Source of the DNA: a virus
IMG/VR virus record: IMGVR_UViG_3300045988_059686
Location: 1 to 43,283 of that record
Direction: 5' to 3' (one strand)
Length of the DNA: 43,283 nt
Part shown: positions 26,620 through 34,555 of the stretch, one piece after another
Layout of the letters: every line of letters begins with the position of its first letter
Position numbering within the stretch: position 1 is the first letter of the stretch
The notes under the pieces: model-generated
The model's input: only the letters and a program-made list of their open reading frames with translations
What the model was told of the DNA's origin: nothing
The model's database searches: none
Translations under genes and position numbers: made by a program

Positions 26620-26924
26620 GGCTCCTAGTTAAACTGATTCAAAAGGACGGTGATTTCATTGACCCAACTTTTGAGCCAGCCAGTTCCAGACACGAGCAAG
26701 TGCGTGAAGCGCTAGGGCTTACAAGGCGGTGCCGACCCGCCAAAGGAAGCGGCGTACCCATAGCCCTGCAAGTTGTTTTTGCAGCCATTGCGTTACTTTT
26801 GCGCCACGGACGGCGTAAAAGACGTGCAAACGCGCAAGTTTGCATTACCGCAAAGGTGCAAGTGCGTTCTGGTGACAAATCGGTGAAAAGTCTGTCTGTG
26901 AAACAACCGCAGGCAGATTTTTTC
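26620..26924 (+). ncRNA. Candidate structured non-coding transcript of about 300 nt between the consensus promoter and an intrinsic terminator
   Basis: There is no RBS-preceded ORF. Stems seen: agggct/agccct, ggcgg/ccgcc, cttttgcgcc/ggcgtaaaag, tgcaaac/gtttgca. Confidence 0.4.
26891..26924 (+). terminator. Rho-independent terminator (+ strand)
   Basis: 10-bp stem tctgtctgtg/cgcaggcaga, 7-nt loop, then TTTTTTC. Confidence 0.75.
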
Positions 26925-26946
26925 TTGTCGCCGTGTCAAAATACTG

Positions 26947-26975
26947 TTGCAAATGTTCACAAAACGTGCTATTAT
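26947..26975 (+). promoter_or_regulatory. Promoter for the rightward XRE gene (TTGCAA, 17-nt spacer, TGcTATTAT extended -10)
   Basis: Read directly: -35 at 26947..26952, -10 at 26970..26975. Confidence 0.55.
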
Positions 26976-27035
26976 GTAATTGCAAGGTTACCAATAGCAT
27001 TCGGACGCCCCGATTTCTGTTCGGGCGCTTTTCGT

Positions 27036-27112
27036 GTTGCGTTTGTTCACAATCAGTGTCTGTATTATAGCGTAAACAAACGCAACAGTCAATAGATTTT
27101 GTTGCGTTTGTT
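27036..27112. promoter_or_regulatory. Operator-like 12-bp repeats GTTGCGTTTGTT (27036..27047 and 27101..27112 direct; 27075..27086 inverted)
   Basis: Exact 12-mers found by eye between the promoter and the XRE gene. Confidence 0.5.
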
Positions 27113-27126
27113 GCCTATTTGTAGAC

Positions 27127-27495
27127 TTGCACAAAAACGGGGGTGGTGTTTTGTTCTATTTGAACTTCGTTCGCCTTTGCAATAGCATTGGCAAGTCGCC
27201 ATCTGCCGTAGCAGAGGATATGGGGCTTCAGCGCTCTTCTGTAACAAGATGGGCAAATGGAAGCGCCCCGCGAAAAGCAACGGTTGAAAAAATCGCAACC
27301 TACTTTGGAGTTGATTCTAAAGAGCTCACCGGCGAAGAGCAAAAAGAAAAGCCCAACGCCTTGGACGGCATTGAGCTAGAGAAGTTGTCACCCGCCCGCC
27401 GGGCGCTGCTTGAAAAACTCGGCGGGATGGATGATGTTCAAATTATGAAGTTGATTAGCGTTATAGATAGCGTTTTAGAGGTAACTCAAAAATGA
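27127..27495 (+). CDS. XRE-family HTH regulator (CI-like repressor candidate; no peptidase domain)
   Basis: HTH: FVRLCNSIGKSPSAVAEDMGLQRSSVTRWANG. The more likely start is TTG 27151 after GGGGGTGG. Confidence 0.7.
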   Translation: MHKNGGGVLFYLNFVRLCNSIGKSPSAVAEDMGLQRSSVTRWANGSAPRKATVEKIATYFGVDSKELTGEEQKEKPNALDGIELEKLSPARRALLEKLGGMDDVQIMKLISVIDSVLEVTQK

Positions 27496-27857
27496 GCGAT
27501 GTGGACTTCTTTTTAAATAAAGGTGAAAAGAAAGCGTTGGCTGCATTAAACGATCATTATCCTAAACTTGTTCAATACGATGATGACCCCGAAGCTTTTA
27601 ACCGTTTGGAACTTTTTGGACTTGCAGAAATTCATCATGAGCTTTTGGAATCTGGTGTTTGCATAACCGATAAAGGGCTTCAAGTTTACCGCAAACAAAA
27701 ATTTGCTTTGGTTCGTACAATGCTGCACAGTGTTGTCTATCCGCTTATTGTAGCGGTTCTTGCGGCTGTTATCACCGCAAGAATCACAGTTATAAGTGAA
27801 ATGCAAGCCAGACCCCAATATGGCTCCCAATCCATGTCCCAATCAACATTCCAATGA
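27492..27857 (+). CDS. Hypothetical protein with a C-terminal TM helix, translationally coupled to the repressor gene (low GC)
   Basis: 121 aa with an ATGA overlap with the upstream gene. TM helix: VVYPLIVAVLAAVITARITVI. Confidence 0.55.
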   Translation: MSDVDFFLNKGEKKALAALNDHYPKLVQYDDDPEAFNRLELFGLAEIHHELLESGVCITDKGLQVYRKQKFALVRTMLHSVVYPLIVAVLAAVITARITVISEMQARPQYGSQSMSQSTFQ

Positions 27858-28023
27858 TATCTGTCCATATTGGATGGTTTATAACAAAATCTTCCATCGG
27901 ATAGAGTATAAAATTGTTCAGACAGTCCCGGAAAAAGCGCTTTACATGGTGCTGGTTTTTGGCTTCTACCAATTTTCCGTTTTCATCGAAATCTAAAAGA
28001 GTAAGTTTATATGACCAGAACAT
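27790..28023 (-). CDS. Small membrane protein (77 aa, C-terminal TM helix)
   Basis: RBS GAAAGGA upstream of ATG 28023. It converges on and overlaps the 3' end of 27492..27857 by 68 nt. Confidence 0.45.
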   Translation of the reverse strand: MFWSYKLTLLDFDENGKLVEAKNQHHVKRFFRDCLNNFILYPMEDFVINHPIWTDIIGMLIGTWIGSHIGVWLAFHL

Positions 28024-28165
28024 GTTTAATCCTTTCTGTTACGATTTGAAGTTGTTCTTCATCCAAAGAGAGTATTTTTGAAACAGCCAAACAAACAAGT
28101 TCTTCGTGCGACGGATTTTGCTTTAGTATAACACATTCTGCAAACTTTGTGCTAGAATCTTGCAC
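28007..28165 (-). CDS. Small ORF (52 aa, below the track cutoff), first gene of a 2-gene minus-strand cassette
   Basis: Hand translation: GTG 28165 after AAGGGGGA, giving QDSSTKFAECVILKQNPSHEELVCLAVSKILSLDEEQLQIVTERIKHVLVI. It overlaps the next start by 17 nt. Confidence 0.35.
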   Translation of the reverse strand: MQDSSTKFAECVILKQNPSHEELVCLAVSKILSLDEEQLQIVTERIKHVLVI

Positions 28166-28256
28166 TTTATTTTCCCCCTTTGGCTAGATCATTGATAATT
28201 TAAGGTTTCCGGCAGCTGTTTGGCTGCCTATTTTTGTTATTTTGAGGTGGTGCGGT

Positions 28257-29513
28257 ATGGGGCTTTTGTCTCTTGTTTTCGGGAAAAATCCATCTTTAAA
28301 GGATGAAGCGGAAAAAGATTCTGATTTGGTTGTGGAATCTCCAAGCACAGAAGAAAAGCCAAACTTTGAAAAGCCTTTTGTAGATGAACCTCCTATTCCA
28401 GAAGAGGACAAGAAGTTTTATGAAAATCCAGAGTACTACTCTGCTTTTGTTCCTTCATTTTCTTTCAAGGCTAAAAATGGAATGTTGCCTGTGCAGTCAT
28501 TTGCAGAGCGCAAAAAAACCTCTTATCCGTCACCTAGAGGTCTATATATTGGAGAAATAGCGCTGATTCATTACTGTTCTTTTGGAGATTACCCAAATCC
28601 AAAGCATAAATACCCCGGATTTTGGTGGTTTGAATATGGGATGAAGAACGTAAACTTTTATCTGGAATCCCTTGAAGAACGGGGATTTATCCAGATGCAA
28701 GAAAACGGAAAGTACAAACCGACTGAACTTGGGAATCAAGAAGTAACCGACAACTACTATGTGGTTTACATGAGAAATGCACCCGGAATGACGGTTGACA
28801 ATCTTGAAGCATCTGACGATTTCTCTGTATGGGGTATAAATCGACGGCTTGCTGGCGGTGATCCGCGAAACTGGGAAGATGTTGTAAATCAAATATGGAG
28901 TGAGATTGACGAATACAAGGCTCGCAAAAAGGCTGAAGAAGATGCAAAACTAAAAGCTATTGGCGTTGATGTGGATAAATACCGAAAAAAGCCGGATTCA
29001 TCATATTTAAACTGGGATGAACTTGGCTTTCGTGACGGGCTGCGCCGCGTTTCATCTGCTCTAAATATAGATACATCTTATGAAGATAAACTCCCGATTG
29101 GATATCTTCAGGCGCTTATGCGCAGGGTTCTGGACACCTTTTTAACTCTTGAAAGGTCAAAGGATGTTTCTATATTTTTTGATAAAATTGATTTAATCAA
29201 GCAAGACTTGAAGCAGCTTTCTTTGGCTGAACTCAAAGGCGTGAAGTTTAGTTATAGTCCGTCTTTGCTTCTTTGGAGCGTTGAAACGCACCAGAAAGAT
29301 TTGTTTCGCATTGTTGTTGAAAATACAACAAGCGCTCAAATGGACAAAATCTGTTCTTTGAAAACAGATCACGGCCGACTGAACTCTAACAAGCACTGGA
29401 AGGAATCCATTGACTTGCTTGCTGAAAACCTTGACGATGAGTTAAAAGCAATCATTCAGGATTCTTTTGCTGAACTTGAAAAATCTAGAGAAGAGATGAA
29501 GAGCGATGCGTGA
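28257..29513 (+). CDS. Hypothetical 418-aa protein (low-GC accessory gene inside the lysogeny module)
   Basis: ATG 28257 after GAGGTGGTG. I recognised no family motif. Confidence 0.6.
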   Translation: MGLLSLVFGKNPSLKDEAEKDSDLVVESPSTEEKPNFEKPFVDEPPIPEEDKKFYENPEYYSAFVPSFSFKAKNGMLPVQSFAERKKTSYPSPRGLYIGEIALIHYCSFGDYPNPKHKYPGFWWFEYGMKNVNFYLESLEERGFIQMQENGKYKPTELGNQEVTDNYYVVYMRNAPGMTVDNLEASDDFSVWGINRRLAGGDPRNWEDVVNQIWSEIDEYKARKKAEEDAKLKAIGVDVDKYRKKPDSSYLNWDELGFRDGLRRVSSALNIDTSYEDKLPIGYLQALMRRVLDTFLTLERSKDVSIFFDKIDLIKQDLKQLSLAELKGVKFSYSPSLLLWSVETHQKDLFRIVVENTTSAQMDKICSLKTDHGRLNSNKHWKESIDLLAENLDDELKAIIQDSFAELEKSREEMKSDA

Positions 29514-29696
29514 TATTGATGGTCGCAAGCTTGTTTACAACTGCATTTTACAACCGATTGTTGTATTTGTCAATCGATTTTAATGGCGAAAAAAATCGCC
29601 AAAAATTTGAGATTTGCGCTGAATCGCGCGATTTACGCGCACTTTTAAGCGAAAAACGCGCGGTTTACGCTGACTTGGCGCAAAATATGCGCGTTG

Positions 29697-29912
29697 TTAC
29701 TGGCTGTCGGTGTCCAGTTGCTGCATTTTTTGCAACAACTGAGCGGCGCACTCCCCGCCGGGGCTTACCGCTGCGGCGCGCAGGGTGTGCAGGCCGGTGA
29801 TCTTGCGGTTAGCGTACATGGCGGCAAGGGCTTGCTGCTCCGGGGTCATATCAACGTAGCAGGCAAGCGCGGCGCGGATGTGGTTGCAGAAACAGGCGGT
29901 CTTGTTGGTCAT
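29697..29912 (-). CDS. Small hypothetical protein
   Basis: 71-aa ORF, second gene of a leftward pair divergent from the 30191 HTH gene. Confidence 0.45.
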   Translation of the reverse strand: MTNKTACFCNHIRAALACYVDMTPEQQALAAMYANRKITGLHTLRAAAVSPGGECAAQLLQKMQQLDTDSQ

Positions 29913-29915
29913 GGC

Positions 29916-30026
29916 TCAATCCTCCCAAGGCTGCGGGGTGTTGGCTGTGCCGGTAAGCACGCTGGCTGGCATTCCGTCAATGATGGTCATTTCCGGGTCG
30001 AGGTTGCTTGTTTTACCGTTTTTCAT
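29916..30026 (-). CDS. Small ORF (36 aa, below the track cutoff)
   Basis: Hand translation: ATG 30026 after AGGAGGAAAG, giving MKNGKTSNLDPEMTIIDGMPASVLTGTANTPQPWED. Confidence 0.35.
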   Translation of the reverse strand: MKNGKTSNLDPEMTIIDGMPASVLTGTANTPQPWED

Positions 30027-30190
30027 TTTGCTTTCCTCCTGATTTTTGGTAATTGTGTCAACTTATGTTCCAAATTCTACCATGCGCCAGTGGAAAATGA
30101 AATCAGAGAAAATTTTGTAGAATGGCGCAGATTTTTTCTGCGCCATTTTTTGCTTTTACCACGCATTATATTTGAGGGGGAAGGGTGTAT

Positions 30191-30778
30191 ATGAGTTATT
30201 TTACAGCTGCAAAAATTGGTGCTGCGCTTGCAAAGGCGCGTGTGCAAGCGGGATTGAGCCAGCGGGAGATGGCGTGCATGATCGAGAAGAACGAGCGCAC
30301 CGTGCAGAACTGGGAGAAAGGGCAGTCCAGCCCGGACAGTGACGAGATCATGGACTGGTGCAAGGCGTGCGGGGTGTCACCCATCACGGTATTTATGGAG
30401 GTGCTGCACCCGGACTTGTACGCGGTGCCAGATCAGCAAAAACAGGACGACGAGATAGATAGGGAGCTGTGCGCTATTGTGCAGGCGCTTCCGCCTCTGA
30501 CGAAACGTCTGCTCCTTTTTGTGCTGAAGGGGCAGCATGGCAGCAGCGCCCCGGCGGTCATTTCCGAGATGGCTGCAAATCTGCACTGCCCTCTCAACAA
30601 TCGCGTCAGCATTTGCGGGACCATCATAGACCAATACAGTTTTGCCCAGATCAGAGGACTTGACCCCTGCCCGGACGACCCTCAGCCGCCTATGGAGGAC
30701 CTGAAGATCAATTACAAGGCCGGGCGGACTGCCGCTGAGAATGGCGCTCTGGGCTATATAGGGCACCGAAAGGAGTAA
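30191..30778 (+). CDS. XRE-family HTH protein with an uncharacterised C-terminal domain (second repressor-like regulator, next to int)
   Basis: HTH: IGAALAKARVQAGLSQREMACMIEKNERTVQNWEKGQ. ATG 30191 after GAGGGGGAAGGG. Confidence 0.7.
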   Translation: MSYFTAAKIGAALAKARVQAGLSQREMACMIEKNERTVQNWEKGQSSPDSDEIMDWCKACGVSPITVFMEVLHPDLYAVPDQQKQDDEIDRELCAIVQALPPLTKRLLLFVLKGQHGSSAPAVISEMAANLHCPLNNRVSICGTIIDQYSFAQIRGLDPCPDDPQPPMEDLKINYKAGRTAAENGALGYIGHRKE

Positions 30779-30782
30779 GGTT

Positions 30783-31913
30783 ATGCAGTGCATCAGATGC
30801 AAGCGAGAGATCCCGGACGGCGCTGCATTCTGCCCTTGGTGTGGCAAGCGCCTGACGGATACCGCACCGCCCGCGCAAAGAAAAAAGCGCCGCCGCCCAA
30901 AGGGAAGCGGCAGCGTGTATAAATTGAACGGCTCAAGGGCAAAGCCGTATGTTGCGCTTACTGCGCATAGGGAGGTTCTGGGCACGTTTGAAACGGCGGG
31001 GGAAGCCGTGCAAGCACTGGATACATACAACGCCCAGAACACTCCAGCAGCGCGTTTGAAGTGTACATTTGCAGATGCTTACGCGCAGTGGAGAGCACAG
31101 CCAAAATTTGAGAAGTTAAGCCCCGACATGAAAAAAGGGTATGAGCTGGCGTACGCAAAGTCTGCATCTTTGTATGACCGACAATTGCGGGAACTGAAAG
31201 CGGCAGACTATCAACAGATCATCGACCAGATGGTTGAAAAAGGGCTTTCCAGAAGCTCCTGCGAGAAGCAGCGCACGCTTTTCAGCCAGATTTGCGACTG
31301 GGCAATGGCGCAGGACATTCTAAACAAGAACTACGCTATGCTTCTGCAGCTCCCGGCGGCTACAGGAAAAGCGGAGCGCACCCTGACCGCCCAAGAGATC
31401 GAGCAGATCAGCAGCCGACAGAACGACCCGAAATTTGGGCAGACGGCGCAAATATCGCTGGTCTTGCTATATACAGGTATGCGTATAGACGAGTTGCTTT
31501 CTATGCGCTGCGAGGATGTGCACCTGAAAGAGCGGTACATGCAGGGTGGCGAGAAAACGGAAGCGGGAAAAAACCGCATCATTCCGATTCTCGAACCGGT
31601 TTACAAGATCATCGCTTTTTGGATGATGGACAGCGGGTGTGAGTGGCTGATACCGTCCAAAGCTGGCACAAAGCTGGATAAGCGCAACGTAGCTACAAAG
31701 TTTCGCGCCCTGATGAAGGAATGCGGTATAGAGGGCGTGCACCCGCATACGTTGCGCCATACCGCCAGCAGCAAGATGGTGGAGTGCGGTCTGGAAACGA
31801 CTGCGGTGCAGGCAATTTTGGGGCACAAGAACTTTTCCACAACCGCGAATAAATATGTCTCCCACAATGACCCGGAATACTTGTTGCAAGAAATGCAGAA
31901 AATGAAGTACTGA
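30783..31913 (+). CDS. int: Tyrosine integrase with an N-terminal zinc-ribbon
   Basis: N-terminus CIRCKREIPDGAAFCPWCG. The C-terminal catalytic region is HPHTLRHTASS...LGHKNFSTTANKYVSH. Confidence 0.9.
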   Translation: MQCIRCKREIPDGAAFCPWCGKRLTDTAPPAQRKKRRRPKGSGSVYKLNGSRAKPYVALTAHREVLGTFETAGEAVQALDTYNAQNTPAARLKCTFADAYAQWRAQPKFEKLSPDMKKGYELAYAKSASLYDRQLRELKAADYQQIIDQMVEKGLSRSSCEKQRTLFSQICDWAMAQDILNKNYAMLLQLPAATGKAERTLTAQEIEQISSRQNDPKFGQTAQISLVLLYTGMRIDELLSMRCEDVHLKERYMQGGEKTEAGKNRIIPILEPVYKIIAFWMMDSGCEWLIPSKAGTKLDKRNVATKFRALMKECGIEGVHPHTLRHTASSKMVECGLETTAVQAILGHKNFSTTANKYVSHNDPEYLLQEMQKMKY

Positions 31914-31983
31914 ATTGTTAGATTGCTTGTTAGATTACAACGTGATTTTGGGTGTTTTCAGACGTTTTTAAACATAAAATAAA

Positions 31984-32023
31984 ACGCACAGACGAGTTTG
32001 AATTATCGTCTGTGCGTTATTTT
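31984..32023 (+). terminator. Rho-independent terminator after int (A-run upstream, so possibly bidirectional)
   Basis: 11-bp stem acgcacagacg/cgtctgtgcgt followed by TATTTTC. Confidence 0.8.
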
Positions 32024-32071
32024 CTGGAGCTGGTGACAGGAGTTGAACCTGCAACCCACTGATTACAAATC
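32024..32071 (-). other. attP core candidate: 3' half of a tRNA-Thr(UGU) (anticodon loop to CCA), with no 5' half present
   Basis: The minus strand reads tga-TTTGTAA-tca ... GCAGG-TTCAACT-CCTGT-CACCAGC-T-CCA. No GCTGGTG acceptor partner lies upstream. It is adjacent to int. Confidence 0.6.
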
Positions 32072-32186
32072 AAATTTATTTCACGAGTTAACGAAACAAT
32101 TTGCAAAATCGTTAGATTACTGTTGGCTTATAAATGACATAAACCAATATGACTACTTATGTAAAATTAGCACATTTTGCTTATCT

Positions 32187-32519
32187 TTACAAGTTGCCTA
32201 TCTTTTTCATCACAAGCTCGTATTCCTTTGGGTATGCGATTTTTATTGCGCTCATGTGCCTGTCCAGTACCTCCATCAGACCGCTGAATGGCACAGCGCT
32301 TGCAGCCTCTACAAATTCACTCTGCGGTTCTTGCGGTCTTGTAGAATACTCCATCTGCATGACTGGTTCAGGCTGCGGAGCGGGGATGTTTTCCCGGATT
32401 TCCGCTTCGCTCAACTCATTTCGCACAGTGCAGAGGGCGGCAAGCTTTTCCACACTCTGCCAGTTCGTTTCTTCGCATTTTAGCTTGCGGATGTGTTCAT
32501 TGATTTCCACGATGTCCAT
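32187..32519 (-). CDS. Hypothetical protein (moron cluster)
   Basis: ATG 32519 after AAGGGGGG; 110 aa. Confidence 0.5.
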   Translation of the reverse strand: MDIVEINEHIRKLKCEETNWQSVEKLAALCTVRNELSEAEIRENIPAPQPEPVMQMEYSTRPQEPQSEFVEAASAVPFSGLMEVLDRHMSAIKIAYPKEYELVMKKIGNL

Positions 32520-32536
32520 GCCTGCCGCCCCCCTTA

Positions 32537-32935
32537 TCACATATTGTTCAGGATGTCCAGAGCGCGCTTGTATGCGTCACGCTCGGCGCCGGTCGCGTCC
32601 TGCATCATGTTTTCGATGTCAGAGATCATCTTTTCCCGACCATCGCCGCGCGAGTAGTGACCGCGCACATAGTGCCGCCCACGGTTTGCGTAGCTGTTGC
32701 CCCGGTTATAGTTTTCGGTACGTCCGTAGTTGCCGCGCATATCAGCTTCCCACTCGCCAGCGCGGCTATAATCGCCGTCCTCCAGCATCATGATCTTGTC
32801 GATATTTTTGATGGTGTCGGTCAGCTTATGTACGGTATCCAGCACGCGCTCGTTCAGGCCGTTCTTGGCATCGCGGTTGTACTCGTCCAGCTCCTCGCAG
32901 AGCATTTCACGCAGATCATAGAGATTCTTACTCAT
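32537..32935 (-). CDS. Hypothetical protein with a central Arg/Gly/Tyr/Asn-rich low-complexity segment
   Basis: 132 aa, with helical ends flanking RGNYGRTENYNRGNSYANRGRHYVRGHYSRGDG. Confidence 0.5.
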   Translation of the reverse strand: MSKNLYDLREMLCEELDEYNRDAKNGLNERVLDTVHKLTDTIKNIDKIMMLEDGDYSRAGEWEADMRGNYGRTENYNRGNSYANRGRHYVRGHYSRGDGREKMISDIENMMQDATGAERDAYKRALDILNNM

Positions 32936-32950
32936 GTTGTACTCCTTTCC

Positions 32951-33373
32951 TTATGCAACGCGCTCAACGATCAGATTACTGTTTGCAATGCTGATTGCCT
33001 GCGTGCTAGTGTTTTTGAGCGCCACAGTAACGCAGCAGCCACGGGGAACTTCCACAAACACCGCCGTAAAGACGTTGTTATACTGATCCACTGCCGCCGG
33101 GGTGACGATAGCGGTCGCGCTGTTGAGCGCCTCGCCGCCGACAGCCAGCGCCACGGAGATAGCGCCCACAGTGCCGCCGGTAGGGATGGCGATGTTGCCG
33201 CCAAAGCTTACTTTATACATAGCTTTGCATTGGCTTGTGAGCCCGCGCAGCGTCACATTGCCAGCACCTGCTCGGTGGTTGATGCAGTTTGACCCCTTGA
33301 TAGCTGTTTCAGTCAAGGGAAGATTCTGACCGGCTGCCACGGTCTGGATCGTGGTAGAGGTAAATTCAGCCAT
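32951..33373 (-). CDS. BclA C-terminal-domain-like (C1q/TNF-like jelly-roll) protein without a collagen stalk
   Basis: 140 aa. The beta-rich pattern and the C-terminal ...SNLIVERVA resemble the ...SIIIEKVA end of the B. anthracis BclA CTD (from memory). RBS AAAGGAG. Confidence 0.5.
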   Translation of the reverse strand: MAEFTSTTIQTVAAGQNLPLTETAIKGSNCINHRAGAGNVTLRGLTSQCKAMYKVSFGGNIAIPTGGTVGAISVALAVGGEALNSATAIVTPAAVDQYNNVFTAVFVEVPRGCCVTVALKNTSTQAISIANSNLIVERVA

Positions 33374-33392
33374 TTTATCGGCTCCTTTCATA

Positions 33393-33421
33393 ATAAAAAC
33401 GCCGGGACTTTTGCCCCGGCG
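33393..33421 (-). terminator. Rho-independent terminator (minus strand)
   Basis: Stem cgccggg/cccggcg followed on the minus strand by TTTTTAT. Confidence 0.7.
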
Positions 33422-33488
33422 CTCTGGTTTGCAAAATCAGCTCAGGGGCTGAACAGGCTACAAATTGTAGTCAGTTGCCGTTATTCGG

Positions 33489-34265
33489 TTAGGCGCAACC
33501 GTTGCAGCCGCAGCCGGTGCCGCAGTTACCGTACTGGTAAGGTGCAGGAACCTGGAATGCGGGCACGGGGCGCGGATTGTAGTAGGCCAGCTGACCGCTC
33601 ATGTAGGCCTTGAGCGTTTCGTTCTGGGCTGCCTGAGATGTCGCAAGCTGTGCTAAGAACAGCTGCTGACCCTGCTCAGCAATCTTTGCGTCCTTTGCCT
33701 CGATGCGCTGTGCGGTCAGGGCGTCAAGGATGGCGCGGGCGTTCTGGTTCTGGTTGTCGATGATGTCCCGGGTGGTGTTCTGCACCGTGTTCCGGGTCTC
33801 GCAGGACTGGGTGGCCAAATTGTAGTTGACGCCCTGAATGGCGGAGCGGGTTTCGCAGCAGCACTCCTGCTGCTGCATCTGCATTGCAAACAGCTGCTGC
33901 ATGAACGCCGCCTGCTGGTTTGCGCGGCTGATCTCTGCGGACATAAAGCCGTTGTTCACGGTCTGCTGCACGCCGTTGACAAGCTGCGCCTGCTGGTAGA
34001 AGCCATCGCACAGACCGCTGTTGATACCGTCCATCTTGCGCTCGATGTTGGCAAAATCGGAAGTCAGGACGTAGCCGTCAACGACACCGGCACCGGTGTT
34101 GCCATTGCCGCCCCAGTTGCCGCCCCAGCCGCCGCAGAAGGCGAACAGGAACAAGATGATGATCCACCATGCGCCATCATTGCCAAAGCCAAAGCCGTTG
34201 CCGCCGTTGGTGTTTGCGGGCTGAACAGGCATGGTCAGAACCGCAGAATCGGAAGAAAGAGACAT
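33489..34265 (-). CDS. Membrane protein with Gly/Asn/Trp-rich segments flanking one TM helix, a Gln-rich coiled region and a Cys-rich tail
   Basis: 258 aa: WWIIILFLFAFCGGWGGNWGGNGN, QQQECCCETRS, and C-terminal GNCGTGCGCNGCA. Confidence 0.55.
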   Translation of the reverse strand: MSLSSDSAVLTMPVQPANTNGGNGFGFGNDGAWWIIILFLFAFCGGWGGNWGGNGNTGAGVVDGYVLTSDFANIERKMDGINSGLCDGFYQQAQLVNGVQQTVNNGFMSAEISRANQQAAFMQQLFAMQMQQQECCCETRSAIQGVNYNLATQSCETRNTVQNTTRDIIDNQNQNARAILDALTAQRIEAKDAKIAEQGQQLFLAQLATSQAAQNETLKAYMSGQLAYYNPRPVPAFQVPAPYQYGNCGTGCGCNGCA

Positions 34266-34328
34266 TTTTGTACTCCTTTCGTGTGTTTTGAATGATTTTT
34301 ATGCTTGAACCGTGGCCACGGTTACGAC

Positions 34329-34553
34329 TTAATGGAGGAACTGCTGAAACTGCTGCGCCATCGCCTGCAGCTGGTTCAGCTGGTTTTGTGACATTTTGCC
34401 GGATTGCAGCAGCTTTTGCACCTCTGCTTTCGGGTCGCCTTGAAAGTTTGCACGGAACTGCTGGAACTGCTGCATCATCTGGCCGAACTGACCCATCGGG
34501 TTCGGCATGGAGGGCATACCGCCGCCCAATGCGTTAAAAAGAGGGTTTGCCAT
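34329..34553 (-). CDS. Small Gln/Met-rich protein
   Basis: 74 aa: MANPLFNALGGGMPSMPNPMGQFGQMMQQFQQF... Confidence 0.5.
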   Translation of the reverse strand: MANPLFNALGGGMPSMPNPMGQFGQMMQQFQQFRANFQGDPKAEVQKLLQSGKMSQNQLNQLQAMAQQFQQFLH

Positions 34554-34555
34554 AC

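Noticed and set aside
26700-27095. A 131-aa plus-strand ORF in the immunity intergenic region
   Set aside because: It has a GTG start without an RBS and an Arg-rich translation. It runs straight through a strong intrinsic terminator and a second promoter, so the region is better explained as non-coding RNA and regulatory DNA.
32024-32071. A full tRNA gene at the int-distal end
   Set aside because: Only the anticodon loop, T arm and 3' acceptor strand are present. No complementary 5' acceptor strand (GCTGGTG) lies upstream. I interpret it as an attP core instead.
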